Source of the DNA: Planctomycetota bacterium
GTDB taxonomy: Bacteria; Planctomycetota; Planctomycetia; Pirellulales; Pirellulaceae
Length of the DNA stretch: 64,000 nt
Reading direction: 5' to 3'
Assembly: GCA_018970165.1 (NCBI GenBank)
Contig: JAGWWZ010000002.1
Span: forward strand, 7,085 to 71,084
The notes under the pieces were generated by a model that searched no databases, was not told the DNA's origin, and worked only from the letters and a program-made list of their open reading frames with translations. Shown here piece after piece: positions 18,380 to 27,353 of this stretch. Position 1 is the stretch's first letter; each line of letters begins with the position of its first letter. The position numbers and the translations under genes are program-made.

Positions 18380-19390
18380 ATGAAACGTACCAGCATGTTG
18401 ATTTCCGCCCGAGGATTCACATTGGTCGAGTTGTTGGTTGTGATCGCCATTATCGGTATTCTCGTTGGATTGCTTTTGCCTGCTGTTCAGGCTGCCAGAG
18501 AGGCTGCTCGACGTATGAGTTGCAGCAGCAACGCTCGCCAGTTGGGTCTTGCTCTACACAATTACGAAAGTGCCTTCAAGCGATTGCCTCCTAGTCGTAT
18601 CACAACGAGCAATCCCACGTACCAAGTCTCTTGGCCAGCGATGATCTTGCCGATGATCGAACAAGGTCCTAGTTTCTCGCAGTACAACTTCAATCTGCCT
18701 TGGTACCATCCGACCAACGACGTCGTAACCACGACTCAGATTCCTATTATGATTTGCCCATCGGCGCCGACGCCGCGAGATCTGCCTCCGCAGAACCTTT
18801 ACACGGCGATATCGAACAACATGCGAAGCGCCGCACCCCTGCCGGTGTGGGGATATTCGGACTACGGCTCGATCAATGCTGTTCGAAACGCTGCGTTCGT
18901 AGCGGCAGGTTTGCCGAGCATCAACACTCGCGAGGTCTGGGGTGCGATGGGTCGCGGACCGGAAGGTATCAAACTCTCTCAAATCCGAGACGGATTGTCG
19001 AACACCGCCGTGATCGGCGAGGGGGGTGGTCGTCCAGCAATGTACGTTAGCGGGCGCAAGGTGATGAATCCTCGAACCGGGAACATCGCAGTTGGTACCC
19101 CTGTGGTTGCTGACGGATGGGGATGGGCAGACATCAACGGCGGGTTCAGCGTCGATGGTGGGAATGCTCAAGGCTTGCAAAACAGTACCACTTCGTCTGG
19201 TGCAACGACAGTCGTCGGGAGTTGCTTCCTCAACTGCACCAACGATTCCGAATTCTACGCATTCCACGGATCTGGCGGTCATTTCGTGTTCGCCGACGGA
19301 TCGGTTCAATTCGTTGCCTCGAACATGGCAGCTCCTGCCTTCGTTGCGATGTGCACGCGTGACTACGGCGACCTTTTCACGATCGAATAA
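18380..19390 (+). CDS. DUF1559 domain protein with prepilin-type N-terminal cleavage/methylation domain (H-X9-DG protein)
   Basis: [35 protein letters not shown] at the N-terminus. The C-terminal [12 protein letters not shown] fits H-X9-DG. ATG at 18380 is preceded by GGAGAGG. Confidence 0.85.
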   Translation: MKRTSMLISARGFTLVELLVVIAIIGILVGLLLPAVQAAREAARRMSCSSNARQLGLALHNYESAFKRLPPSRITTSNPTYQVSWPAMILPMIEQGPSFSQYNFNLPWYHPTNDVVTTTQIPIMICPSAPTPRDLPPQNLYTAISNNMRSAAPLPVWGYSDYGSINAVRNAAFVAAGLPSINTREVWGAMGRGPEGIKLSQIRDGLSNTAVIGEGGGRPAMYVSGRKVMNPRTGNIAVGTPVVADGWGWADINGGFSVDGGNAQGLQNSTTSSGATTVVGSCFLNCTNDSEFYAFHGSGGHFVFADGSVQFVASNMAAPAFVAMCTRDYGDLFTIE

Positions 19391-19440
19391 TCATAGATTG
19401 GATTGGCGTCTCACAGTTCCATTAAGGGGAGTTGGAATAA

Positions 19441-19479
19441 GGGGAGTTGGAAGCGAATTCCAACTCTCCCCTGTTTTTT
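19441..19479 (+). terminator. rho-independent terminator after the DUF1559 gene
   Basis: GGGGAGTTGGAA-gcgaa-TTCCAACTCTCCCC forms 12 bp with a 2-nt bulge and is followed by TGTTTTTT. Confidence 0.75.
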
Positions 19480-19530
19480 CATGGTGTTGGTACAGGTACA
19501 GGAAATCGAGTTACAATAGGCTTTCCAACA

Positions 19531-20709
19531 ATGACTGATCGCCATTGGGTTTCATTTTCTTTCGGCTGCTTATGTCTCTTAGGGGCATCTAATCTGGGAA
19601 TTGCTCAAGTGAGCTTGGTGGGAACAGTACGAATCCCCGGAACCGCAACGGACAAAAGCGGTTTGGAAGGCACGTTGGAAACCGGCACGCCACAAAACGC
19701 GTTCGGAGGCTTTTCAGCGATCGAGTACAGTGGTAACAAGGATCGGTACTTTGTTCTTTCGGATCGAGGAGCTGGAGATGGTGCCGCCTCATTTAAATGC
19801 CGATTTCATGAAATAGAATTTTCGGCAAGCAACGTCTCGTCCCGAGGAAGGCTCGAGTTAATCAACACAACGCTGCTCCGGGATCACGAGGGTCGTAGCC
19901 TAGTGGGAAGTCTGGAGCCGATGAAGAAGTGGGACGGCTCAGGGCATGCACCAAGTTTGGATCCGGAGGGCATTCGGAAGAGTGCTGAAAATCTCTTTAT
20001 GGTCAGCGATGAGTACGGCCCGAGCATCGACTGGTTTGATCGGGACGGCTTTCTTAAAAAGAGTCTTCCCATTCCCGATCATTTTCGGTTGAGCGAAAAA
20101 CTGTCGCCGGCGATGACGCGGGGCACTTTTACGAATCGCGGCATAGAAGGGATCAGCCTCTCGCCCGATAATCGTTGGCTGGTTGCTGCCATGCAGGGGC
20201 CTTTGGTTCAGGATGGTCGCATTGAGAACAGCAAGTGTCTTGGGCTAGCGACTCGCTGGCTCGTTTACGATCTCCAAAACGGAGGAACGAAAGAGTGGTT
20301 GTATCTGCTCGATGACGAATCCACTGGCCTCAGCGAAGTGTTAGCGATCGACGATCAGCGATTTCTCGCACTGGAGCGAGACAGCAAAGCTGGCAGCAAG
20401 GCGAAGATCAAGCGCATTCACTTGGTGGATGCATCTCAGGCCACCGACGTATCGAGTGTGTCATCGTTTCGAAATGGAGTTCCCAACGGGCACCGAGCAG
20501 TTTCCAAGCGTTTGCTGATCGATTTGATGCTACCCGAGTACGGTCTTTCTGGCGATGCGACACCTGAAAAGCCCGAAGGGCTTGCATGGGGGCCGTTGCC
20601 CAATGAAGGAAAGCGCCTTCTCGTTGTTTGTTTCGATAATGACTTTGAACCGGAACAGGACTCGATCCTGCAAGCGTTCTTGGTCGATGAGCGTCAGCTG
20701 AAGCGATAA
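19531..20709 (+). CDS. secreted esterase-like activity of phytase family protein
   Basis: Signal peptide MTDRHWVSFSFGCLCLLGASNLGIAQ. Motifs GGFSAIEY, LSDRG, SLDPEGI, NRGIEGISLSPDN, LALERD and EGLAWGP are typical of the phytase-like esterase family. ATG at 19531. Confidence 0.65.
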   Translation: MTDRHWVSFSFGCLCLLGASNLGIAQVSLVGTVRIPGTATDKSGLEGTLETGTPQNAFGGFSAIEYSGNKDRYFVLSDRGAGDGAASFKCRFHEIEFSASNVSSRGRLELINTTLLRDHEGRSLVGSLEPMKKWDGSGHAPSLDPEGIRKSAENLFMVSDEYGPSIDWFDRDGFLKKSLPIPDHFRLSEKLSPAMTRGTFTNRGIEGISLSPDNRWLVAAMQGPLVQDGRIENSKCLGLATRWLVYDLQNGGTKEWLYLLDDESTGLSEVLAIDDQRFLALERDSKAGSKAKIKRIHLVDASQATDVSSVSSFRNGVPNGHRAVSKRLLIDLMLPEYGLSGDATPEKPEGLAWGPLPNEGKRLLVVCFDNDFEPEQDSILQAFLVDERQLKR

Positions 20710-21560
20710 CGGACAATGCACCAGAGAGTGTTGATCAGATCCTTGAAACCGATTTTCTTGCCGTCCTTCCAGGACCTGCTTTGGTAGGAAATCGGCACCT
20801 CAAAGATTCGATGCCCGCGGCGCGCAAGTTTGGCTGTGATTTCCGGTTCGAAGCCGAAGCGTCGCTGCTCGATATCGATGGATTGAAGAATATCTCTGCG
20901 GATCGCCTTGTAACAGGTTTCCATATCGGTGAGACGATTGCATGTCATCCAGTTGCTGAACTGGGTGAGCAACCAATTTCCCAATCGATGGATGACCGAT
21001 GGATCTTGCACACTGTTTGCGAGGTATCTGGATCCGTATACAACGTCCGATCGCCCTTCGAGAATAGGTGCTACAACACGCAGGATATCGTTAGGATCGT
21101 ACTCTAGATCGGCATCTTGGACGATGACGACCTCGCCACGAGCTCGCTGAAATCCGCTCTTGAGTGCTGCTCCTTTTCCCTGATTATGCGGATGGAGGAT
21201 CACCTCAAAGCCCTTTCGGCCGATGTATGACGAGAGTATCTGCTGAGTCCCGTCCGTGCTGCCGTCGTCGACCAGTACGATCTGTTTATCGATCTGCAGC
21301 GAAGCGACCCGTTCAATCACTTTCGCAACGGTGTTGCGTTCATTGAATACGGGAATGACCACGGAAATAGCTGTATTTGTCTCGACATGCGAGCAGGGGA
21401 TGCCGTTTCCAAGCTGGCTCAGTTCGCGTTGTGGAGCTTCCTGCAACCAATCCACCGACTCCTCGATTCGACTGACGACATCATTGGCGATGCCTTGGTC
21501 GATATCCCGGAACTGCGATTCGGAGATCGAGACCGCCGCTTGGCTGCGCACACCGTTCAA
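20694..21560 (-). CDS. family 2 glycosyltransferase, DPM1/ArnC-like (polyprenyl-phosphate sugar synthase type)
   Basis: VVIPVFNERNTV, VLVDDGSTDGT and QDADLEYDP. It is a paralog of the 40244-41011 product. The start is uncertain: the track start is TTG and there is a 65-aa N-terminal extension. Confidence 0.75.
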   Translation of the reverse strand: MNGVRSQAAVSISESQFRDIDQGIANDVVSRIEESVDWLQEAPQRELSQLGNGIPCSHVETNTAISVVIPVFNERNTVAKVIERVASLQIDKQIVLVDDGSTDGTQQILSSYIGRKGFEVILHPHNQGKGAALKSGFQRARGEVVIVQDADLEYDPNDILRVVAPILEGRSDVVYGSRYLANSVQDPSVIHRLGNWLLTQFSNWMTCNRLTDMETCYKAIRRDILQSIDIEQRRFGFEPEITAKLARRGHRIFEVPISYQSRSWKDGKKIGFKDLINTLWCIVRYRFS

Positions 21561-21632
21561 AATCGTTGCTCATTCGCGAAGGATGGTATTCGGGCGGAAT
21601 GCCCGACTCAAGTATGCCGAGCAAATAGAGGC

Positions 21633-21648
21633 CAATTCCTAGGAATTG
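21633..21648. repeat. perfect 16-bp palindrome CAATTCCTAGGAATTG between cpaE and the GT2 gene
   Basis: Read directly from the sequence. It sits in the 165-nt gap downstream of cpaE and upstream of the GT2 gene. Confidence 0.9.
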
Positions 21649-21725
21649 CTTAATCCGCGAGAAAAGGGAGCCTTCGGAACATCGATCTTGACGACAGTAC
21701 CGATTGTAGCACTCGTTAATTTTCG

Positions 21726-22964
21726 CTACTTGGTCTTTGAATTCTTGGCTTTACCTGGCCAGAAGTTTAGCCACGTCTGGGCTGTAGATTTTTCAGGTCC
21801 CGACTTGTCCTCTTGAGCCTCGGCATCCTCTACTGCTCCAATGAGCAGGTCCGTCATCTGCATGACCGCTTGTGTGATTGCCGCTTTGGGTGCTTGTTCG
21901 ATGAGCGGTTGCCCGTTGTTTCGCATCTCGATCATCGTGCGATAATCGTTTGGAATTTGGAAGAAAATTTCGCGGCCGATGGTCTCTTTCGCCTTCTTGA
22001 GACTGATTTGTCCACTTTCGAGACCGACTCGGTTGACAACGACCTTGACCTTGTCGCGGATAGTGTCCATCTGCTGCAAGCTTACTAGCACCCGCACCAT
22101 GTTTCGGAGGCAAGGCAGGTCCAATTGCACGATCAATAGCACTTCATTGCATAATTCCAGTGCAGTGAGGTCGACCTGGCTGAAAGATTTCGAGAGATCG
22201 ACGACTACATGCGAGAAGGATGCTCGGAGCAGCCCGAACACTTTGCGGAGAGTTTCCGGAGTGATTAGATCGAGATCCTGAAGTTGAACTGGCCGAGGCA
22301 GGAGATACAGACCCGAGGAGTGTTTGGTCAACGACTTGCGAAGCAATTGGAAGTCCAAACGGGCAACGTTTTCCGTAACATCCACCAAACTGTAATCCGG
22401 AATGGAATCGAGGAACACGTCGGCATCTCCCAACGCCAGATCCAAGTCGACAAGGGCGACGGTGTTTTCCGGATTTCTTGCAATGTTGCATCCGATATTG
22501 ACCGCGATAGCGGTGCAGCCAACACCTCCCGTTGCACCTGCGACTGCGATCATTTTGCAACCGCGAGCCCGGCTGTCTCCTCCTGAATATTTTTCTTGAA
22601 GCAGTCGCTCCAGGGCAGCATACAGTTCTTCGACTTCGACGGGAGATGTCAAAAACTCCTTCGCACCTGCCCGAATGGTTTTCAGAATAAGCTGACCATC
22701 GGTGCTCTTGGAAATCGCGAAGAGGTTGCATTTCGGATACGAACTTCGCAAACGCTCGATCAGACCCAAGCCCCGCTCCACGTTGCTGTCCAGACTGACG
22801 ATCGCCAAGTCGGGCTTGGATGTCTCGATCACATCGGGAAAGAACTCGTAGCGCGAGCATTCGGCATCCAACCAAACAATGTCAATGCTGACGAGAATGT
22901 CTTTCAGGATCTCTCGCGATTGATCATTCGGATCAACGATCGCTACTCGAAGCACGTTACTCAT
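21726..22964 (-). CDS. cpaE: Tad/Flp pilus assembly protein CpaE/TadZ (receiver-like domain + ParA/MinD-like ATPase)
   Basis: The N-terminal REC-like fold has VAIVDPND, AIVSLD and GAKEFL. It is followed by a deviant Walker A region, AGATGGVGCTAIAVNIG. Confidence 0.8.
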   Translation of the reverse strand: MSNVLRVAIVDPNDQSREILKDILVSIDIVWLDAECSRYEFFPDVIETSKPDLAIVSLDSNVERGLGLIERLRSSYPKCNLFAISKSTDGQLILKTIRAGAKEFLTSPVEVEELYAALERLLQEKYSGGDSRARGCKMIAVAGATGGVGCTAIAVNIGCNIARNPENTVALVDLDLALGDADVFLDSIPDYSLVDVTENVARLDFQLLRKSLTKHSSGLYLLPRPVQLQDLDLITPETLRKVFGLLRASFSHVVVDLSKSFSQVDLTALELCNEVLLIVQLDLPCLRNMVRVLVSLQQMDTIRDKVKVVVNRVGLESGQISLKKAKETIGREIFFQIPNDYRTMIEMRNNGQPLIEQAPKAAITQAVMQMTDLLIGAVEDAEAQEDKSGPEKSTAQTWLNFWPGKAKNSKTK

Positions 22965-23014
22965 ACGACTGTCCGTTTCTGACTTGTTGCGTTGGTCTTA
23001 TTACCGTAGGTGTC

Positions 23015-24547
23015 TTAGCGATTCATGCGGGGGGCAGATGTCGGAGTGACAGTGGTTCCCGGTTGAACCATTTCCATCGTTGTTCCCTGCGGCATCGGTG
23101 GCGACGTATTCGGTACCTCGATGTAGCCTTTGCCGTACAATTCCGAATCGAGCGGAGAAGTGCTGTTGTAACCAGGACCACCGCAAGGAACTTCTTCGGG
23201 TTGCATGGGACCTGCGAAATTCGGAGTGACCATGATCAGAAGTTCCACCTCGTTCTGAATTTCGCGGTTTCTGCGGAACAATGCTCCCAAGTAGGGAACA
23301 TCCGATACCCAGGGAATACCGACCGTCTCCGATTCCGTTCTCATTTGAAGTAATCCCGCCAGTGCCAACGTCTCACCCGCTTTGAGTTCGACTGCCGTTT
23401 CCACGAAGCGACTTCGTAAGCCAGGTACACTCACTCCACCGAGCGATACGGTACGGCCGGGGTCGATCTCAGTGATCATCGGACGGACTTCCAGCCAAAT
23501 TCGGCCATCACCGCGAACCTTGGCGACGAAATCAAGCCGCGTTCCATATTCGCGAAATTCAACCCCGACCTGTCCCATGCCCGCAGGAACCAATATCGGG
23601 AACTCCCCACCCGAATTAAAACTGGCCGGTCTTCCATCGATCGCAACCACCGTTGGATCAGCAAGAACCTTGGCCATGTTGTTTTGCTTGAGAGCACGGA
23701 TGAAACCGAAGAAAGTATTATTCTCGGTGACAACTTCGAAACGAACGGTCTCGCGAGCAGCACTCGTGATCGTGGTTCCTGTCCCTCCCGGCGCGATTAA
23801 TCCGCTAACCGAGGATACAACCCCGTCGTCATTCCAAGACGAAGCCCAATCCACACCGAGTTCGCGCAGCTTCGTTCTCGAAACCTCCATCACCTGCGTA
23901 TGTAGCATGATCGTGTGAACACCGATGACTTCAACTCGGTTGATCACGTTCTCATAATACTGCTCCGCAATTCGTACAACCTGCTCGACATGCTCGTCTG
24001 CAGTCACCTGCCCCGAGATAATCACTGCCTCCTGGATGGGCATCACTTCCAAAGTTGCAGAAGGAAATTGTTCAGCCAGGATTGCTTTCAACTCCCGGGC
24101 ATCGCCGGTCACTACAATCTCTAGCGAATACGTTTCGTTGTCGCGAGTCTTCAAGTCGATTTGGCTTACCCCAGTTGCCATCGCAGAGATGAGAATCTCC
24201 GAGCGACTCGTCGGTTTCGCATAGATGATCGTATCGTTGTACACCTGCACCGTATCGATCACTTGATTCAGGGCGATGACCTGCGAAGTATTCGCGATCA
24301 TCTGCATACGCTCGAATTTTTTAGTGATCAGTCTGCGAGTCGAAGGAACACCAACGTCCTCCTCCTCCTGCGCCTGCATCGGAGCCGAGAGGATGCATAC
24401 TGCAGCGATCGAAACAGCAACCGAGAAAGTGCGGCACATACACCGCAGAGCATTCAATCCCGACCGACAAGTAAACCCCGGGCGAATGGTTTCCATAGTG
24501 GATAACATCTCGGTCTCACTTCCCTGTGAAAACTCAATCTGGGCCAT
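23015..24547 (-). CDS. cpaC: Tad/Flp pilus secretin CpaC/RcpA
   Basis: Secretin core LADPTVVAIDGRPASFNSGGEFPI and IPWVSDVPYLGALFRRN..ELLIMVTP. The start is uncertain: GTG at 24583, or ATGs at 24547, 24508 and 24439. A signal-like CRTFSVAVSIAAVCILSAPMQA is present. Confidence 0.8.
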   Translation of the reverse strand: MAQIEFSQGSETEMLSTMETIRPGFTCRSGLNALRCMCRTFSVAVSIAAVCILSAPMQAQEEEDVGVPSTRRLITKKFERMQMIANTSQVIALNQVIDTVQVYNDTIIYAKPTSRSEILISAMATGVSQIDLKTRDNETYSLEIVVTGDARELKAILAEQFPSATLEVMPIQEAVIISGQVTADEHVEQVVRIAEQYYENVINRVEVIGVHTIMLHTQVMEVSRTKLRELGVDWASSWNDDGVVSSVSGLIAPGGTGTTITSAARETVRFEVVTENNTFFGFIRALKQNNMAKVLADPTVVAIDGRPASFNSGGEFPILVPAGMGQVGVEFREYGTRLDFVAKVRGDGRIWLEVRPMITEIDPGRTVSLGGVSVPGLRSRFVETAVELKAGETLALAGLLQMRTESETVGIPWVSDVPYLGALFRRNREIQNEVELLIMVTPNFAGPMQPEEVPCGGPGYNSTSPLDSELYGKGYIEVPNTSPPMPQGTTMEMVQPGTTVTPTSAPRMNR

Positions 24548-24627
24548 TCCCTGGCCAAGTCTACTCGGCGCACGTGCGAACACACTACACCGACGTATCG
24601 CTGATCGACTGTTAAGCTACTCCACCT

Positions 24628-25698
24628 TTACTTGGACTGAGGGTAGGTGGGTGTAAACCCCCCAGTTTGCCAGGTTCCGGTCTTCGGATCCCACTTCGCA
24701 CTCGGTTGGTTAGCATTCGGTGAAGTGGAAGAGTTGCTCGATCCCGAGTAGGGAAAATCGCTCGATGAACCGCTTTGGGCGTCTGCCGCATTGGGGCTCG
24801 AATAGGTTTCCGGCGACATGAGAATAGGCAGTTTACTACCATTCACCCATCGATAAATGGATACCGAACCTGGGGTGATGATCAGCATTTCCTTCCGTTC
24901 ATCTGGCTGAGGCTTCGGGGTTACGGCAGCAAATATTCCCTGGAGCATCGACAAAGAATTGCTTGTTGTCTTGACCACGTCGTTCTTTCGCTCGGACTTC
25001 TTCAGCCAATCCATAAACGAGTCGCCGATATCAGGATTGGCCTGGCCCGCAGCTACTTCGTTGGCTTCAGGTGCGCGAAGAGACAATTTCAACTTGCCGA
25101 GGTTGCTAGCTGTATCAAGTACCTCATACTGTTTCTCTAGAACAAGCAGTTGGATGGTGCTTGCTTTCTTGGGACTCGCTTCCGGTTCCTGAAAGGAAAC
25201 TCCGTCGACCATCGCGACTTCGATATTGCGCATGATGCGGATACTCTTGGAAACCGGAAAACGATTTCCGGACTCGAAGAATCCCGTGATATCTACGCGG
25301 TCACCCGGACTGATGTAGCCACTTCCGCCGTTGGTATCATCGACCTTCACGTCGAAGATTCGATAACCGACCGGCACGATCAGGTCTTTACCTTTAGCAG
25401 ATACTTTGGCCTCAATGAGTGGTTCGCCAACGTAAAGCCGCTGCTTCGCGTACTTCCCTTCAACCTCTTTGGGATCAGTCAGCGCGCCCGCTGGCACACG
25501 ATCTACGGGCCATTGTTCGACTCGAAACATCTCCAATGTCATCTTGGTCATCGGTGACACATCCTTCGCGAGGACGAGAACACCGGTGGTGGCCGCATTA
25601 TTGTTTCCACCCTCACTCATCACCTGGCTGACAGCGAATGATGCAATGAGACCGCAACCGATGGAAATGACGAGGAGAATCAGAGGTTTGGTGCGCAT
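24628..25698 (-). CDS. cpaB: Tad/Flp pilus assembly protein CpaB/RcpC
   Basis: N-terminal TM (KPLILLVISIGCGLIASFAV), a SAF-like region (VLVLAKDVSPMTKMT..) and a position directly upstream of cpaC. Confidence 0.75.
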   Translation of the reverse strand: MRTKPLILLVISIGCGLIASFAVSQVMSEGGNNNAATTGVLVLAKDVSPMTKMTLEMFRVEQWPVDRVPAGALTDPKEVEGKYAKQRLYVGEPLIEAKVSAKGKDLIVPVGYRIFDVKVDDTNGGSGYISPGDRVDITGFFESGNRFPVSKSIRIMRNIEVAMVDGVSFQEPEASPKKASTIQLLVLEKQYEVLDTASNLGKLKLSLRAPEANEVAAGQANPDIGDSFMDWLKKSERKNDVVKTTSNSLSMLQGIFAAVTPKPQPDERKEMLIITPGSVSIYRWVNGSKLPILMSPETYSSPNAADAQSGSSSDFPYSGSSNSSTSPNANQPSAKWDPKTGTWQTGGFTPTYPQSK

Positions 25699-25955
25699 GG
25701 ACGGAACGCCTTTCGAGGAAACGTACGCGGAACTCGGTTGAGTTATCCGCCAAGGGAGCGTCCATGCATTTTGTAGTCGCTAGCCTAAGGGCTCTTCATC
25801 AATCCTAGGAGAGGAAATCCCACGGCGCAGTGCGACCTGGAGCGTTTATCGAACTGCAGCGACATTGGCGTAGAGCAATTTCGCGATAGCTGTTGCAATG
25901 CGAGTATTCCTCAAAACCAGTATGTGTCGTTCCGCTGGTCACTGGAGAGCTGTTT

Positions 25956-26657
25956 TCAATGCTTTGCGGCTGGCTGGCCGTGGGAGCTCGATTTCGAGGA
26001 TTTCTTGCTGGAGCTTGAGTTCTCTGGTTTATGTTGCGAACGTTCTTTTTCGGGTGTTGCATGATCCGTCTGTTCGCTGTGAGCGGATTCCTGATGTTCT
26101 CCTGATTCTTCCGGATCGCCGTGCAAGTCGTCGGACTCCTCTGTTTGCTCGGCCCCAGCTTCACCTCGAAGCGTAGCAACCAGTCGTCTGGGTTCTGGCC
26201 GCGGTGCGTTGCTGATGAATTCCAACCCGTCGCGGTTGGTACCTAGGGGGCGAATTTCAGTGACCAGAACATCCTCGACGGAACTAGCTCCTAGCATTTG
26301 GGTGAGAATATCGAGAAGCTGGGTTCGCAGATCGGTCATGTACGGGTCCGCCAGATGCCTGCTGTCGAATTGCCGCAAGTGCTCTTCGAGAGCCTGACGA
26401 ACCTGAGCGGCGTTGAGCTCAATCAATTGTCGGCTTTTCATGCGATGTTTTTGGGGAACGATCGCATGGAGCGTCATCTCAACGGGTGCGTCATTCTTCG
26501 TTCGATAGGCGGTGTATTCGCCCAAAGGAACCTCGCAGGAGATATCTTTTTTGGCTAATGAAGCTTGATAACGAATGATACCAACGATGCTGGCGTGCAG
26601 AAATACAAGAGCCAGAACGAGGAACCCAATCCAGTATTTGCGAATTGTTTCAAGCAT
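25956..26657 (-). CDS. hypothetical single-pass membrane protein with FliL-like core and His/Ser/Lys/Glu-rich tail
   Basis: TM WIGFLVLALVFLHASIVGII, followed by a pattern resembling FliL (VPLGEYTAY..VEMTLHAIV..LRTQLLDILTQML..VEDVLVTEI). The tail is low complexity. Confidence 0.5.
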   Translation of the reverse strand: MLETIRKYWIGFLVLALVFLHASIVGIIRYQASLAKKDISCEVPLGEYTAYRTKNDAPVEMTLHAIVPQKHRMKSRQLIELNAAQVRQALEEHLRQFDSRHLADPYMTDLRTQLLDILTQMLGASSVEDVLVTEIRPLGTNRDGLEFISNAPRPEPRRLVATLRGEAGAEQTEESDDLHGDPEESGEHQESAHSEQTDHATPEKERSQHKPENSSSSKKSSKSSSHGQPAAKH

Positions 26658-26777
26658 ACGACAGCCTTACAATCAGATTGCTGGGCGATGCGCGAGGCAT
26701 GCCATCTCGATACCGTAGGTCGCGATAGCGATGGTGCGAGGCGAAGCGATGAAATTCAGCTAACCCGTGAGCCCAAA

Positions 26778-27353
26778 ATGCTTGAAATGCTCTTGGAGAG
26801 TCCCGTGACGATTGGCGCAATTGGCGCGATCGTAGCGATTGCCACGTTCTATGCGTGGATGCAAACCGGTATTAAGCAGCTGTTGCCAACTTCGATTGCC
26901 GTTGCGGCAGCAACGATCATGCTAGTTATACTCAGTCTGATGATCGATACCGATCAAGAGATCCTCCGTCGCTACGTATACGAGACTGCATCGGAATTGG
27001 AGGCCAATCAGTATCAGAAAGTCATTGCCAAGATTCACCCTCGGGCTGCTGACAGTTTGCAGGATGCACGCAACCGGCTTCCTGACATTCAGTTCACGGC
27101 CGCGAGGATCAAGACGATTCATGAAATCTCAGTGACTCGACATCGCACGGGAAGCCATGCAACGATCACGATGAATGTCTACATCGAGGCCTCGTACAAC
27201 GCTCAGCAGGGTCAAGCACCTCGATGGGTTCAGTTAACACTCGAGCAAACCGATGGTCGATGGCTGATGGTTGATTTCCAACAGCGCGAACCGCATTATC
27301 AACTGCTCAACCAAGAAGGGCAGGCAAGACTCAATCGATTCAACGGATGGTGA
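26778..27353 (+). CDS. hypothetical 2-TM membrane protein
   Basis: Two hydrophobic helices (VTIGAIGAIVAIATFYAW and IAVAAATIMLVILSLMI) followed by a soluble domain. The start is uncertain: ATG at 26778 or 26688. Confidence 0.45.
   Translation: MLEMLLESPVTIGAIGAIVAIATFYAWMQTGIKQLLPTSIAVAAATIMLVILSLMIDTDQEILRRYVYETASELEANQYQKVIAKIHPRAADSLQDARNRLPDIQFTAARIKTIHEISVTRHRTGSHATITMNVYIEASYNAQQGQAPRWVQLTLEQTDGRWLMVDFQQREPHYQLLNQEGQARLNRFNGW

Noticed and set aside
25699-25955. A search for an Flp pilin gene upstream of cpaB.
   Set aside because: Translation of the minus strand gives only very short ORFs (such as MKSP* and MHGRSLGG*). There is no hydrophobic Flp-type segment and no G/XXXXEY processing motif.
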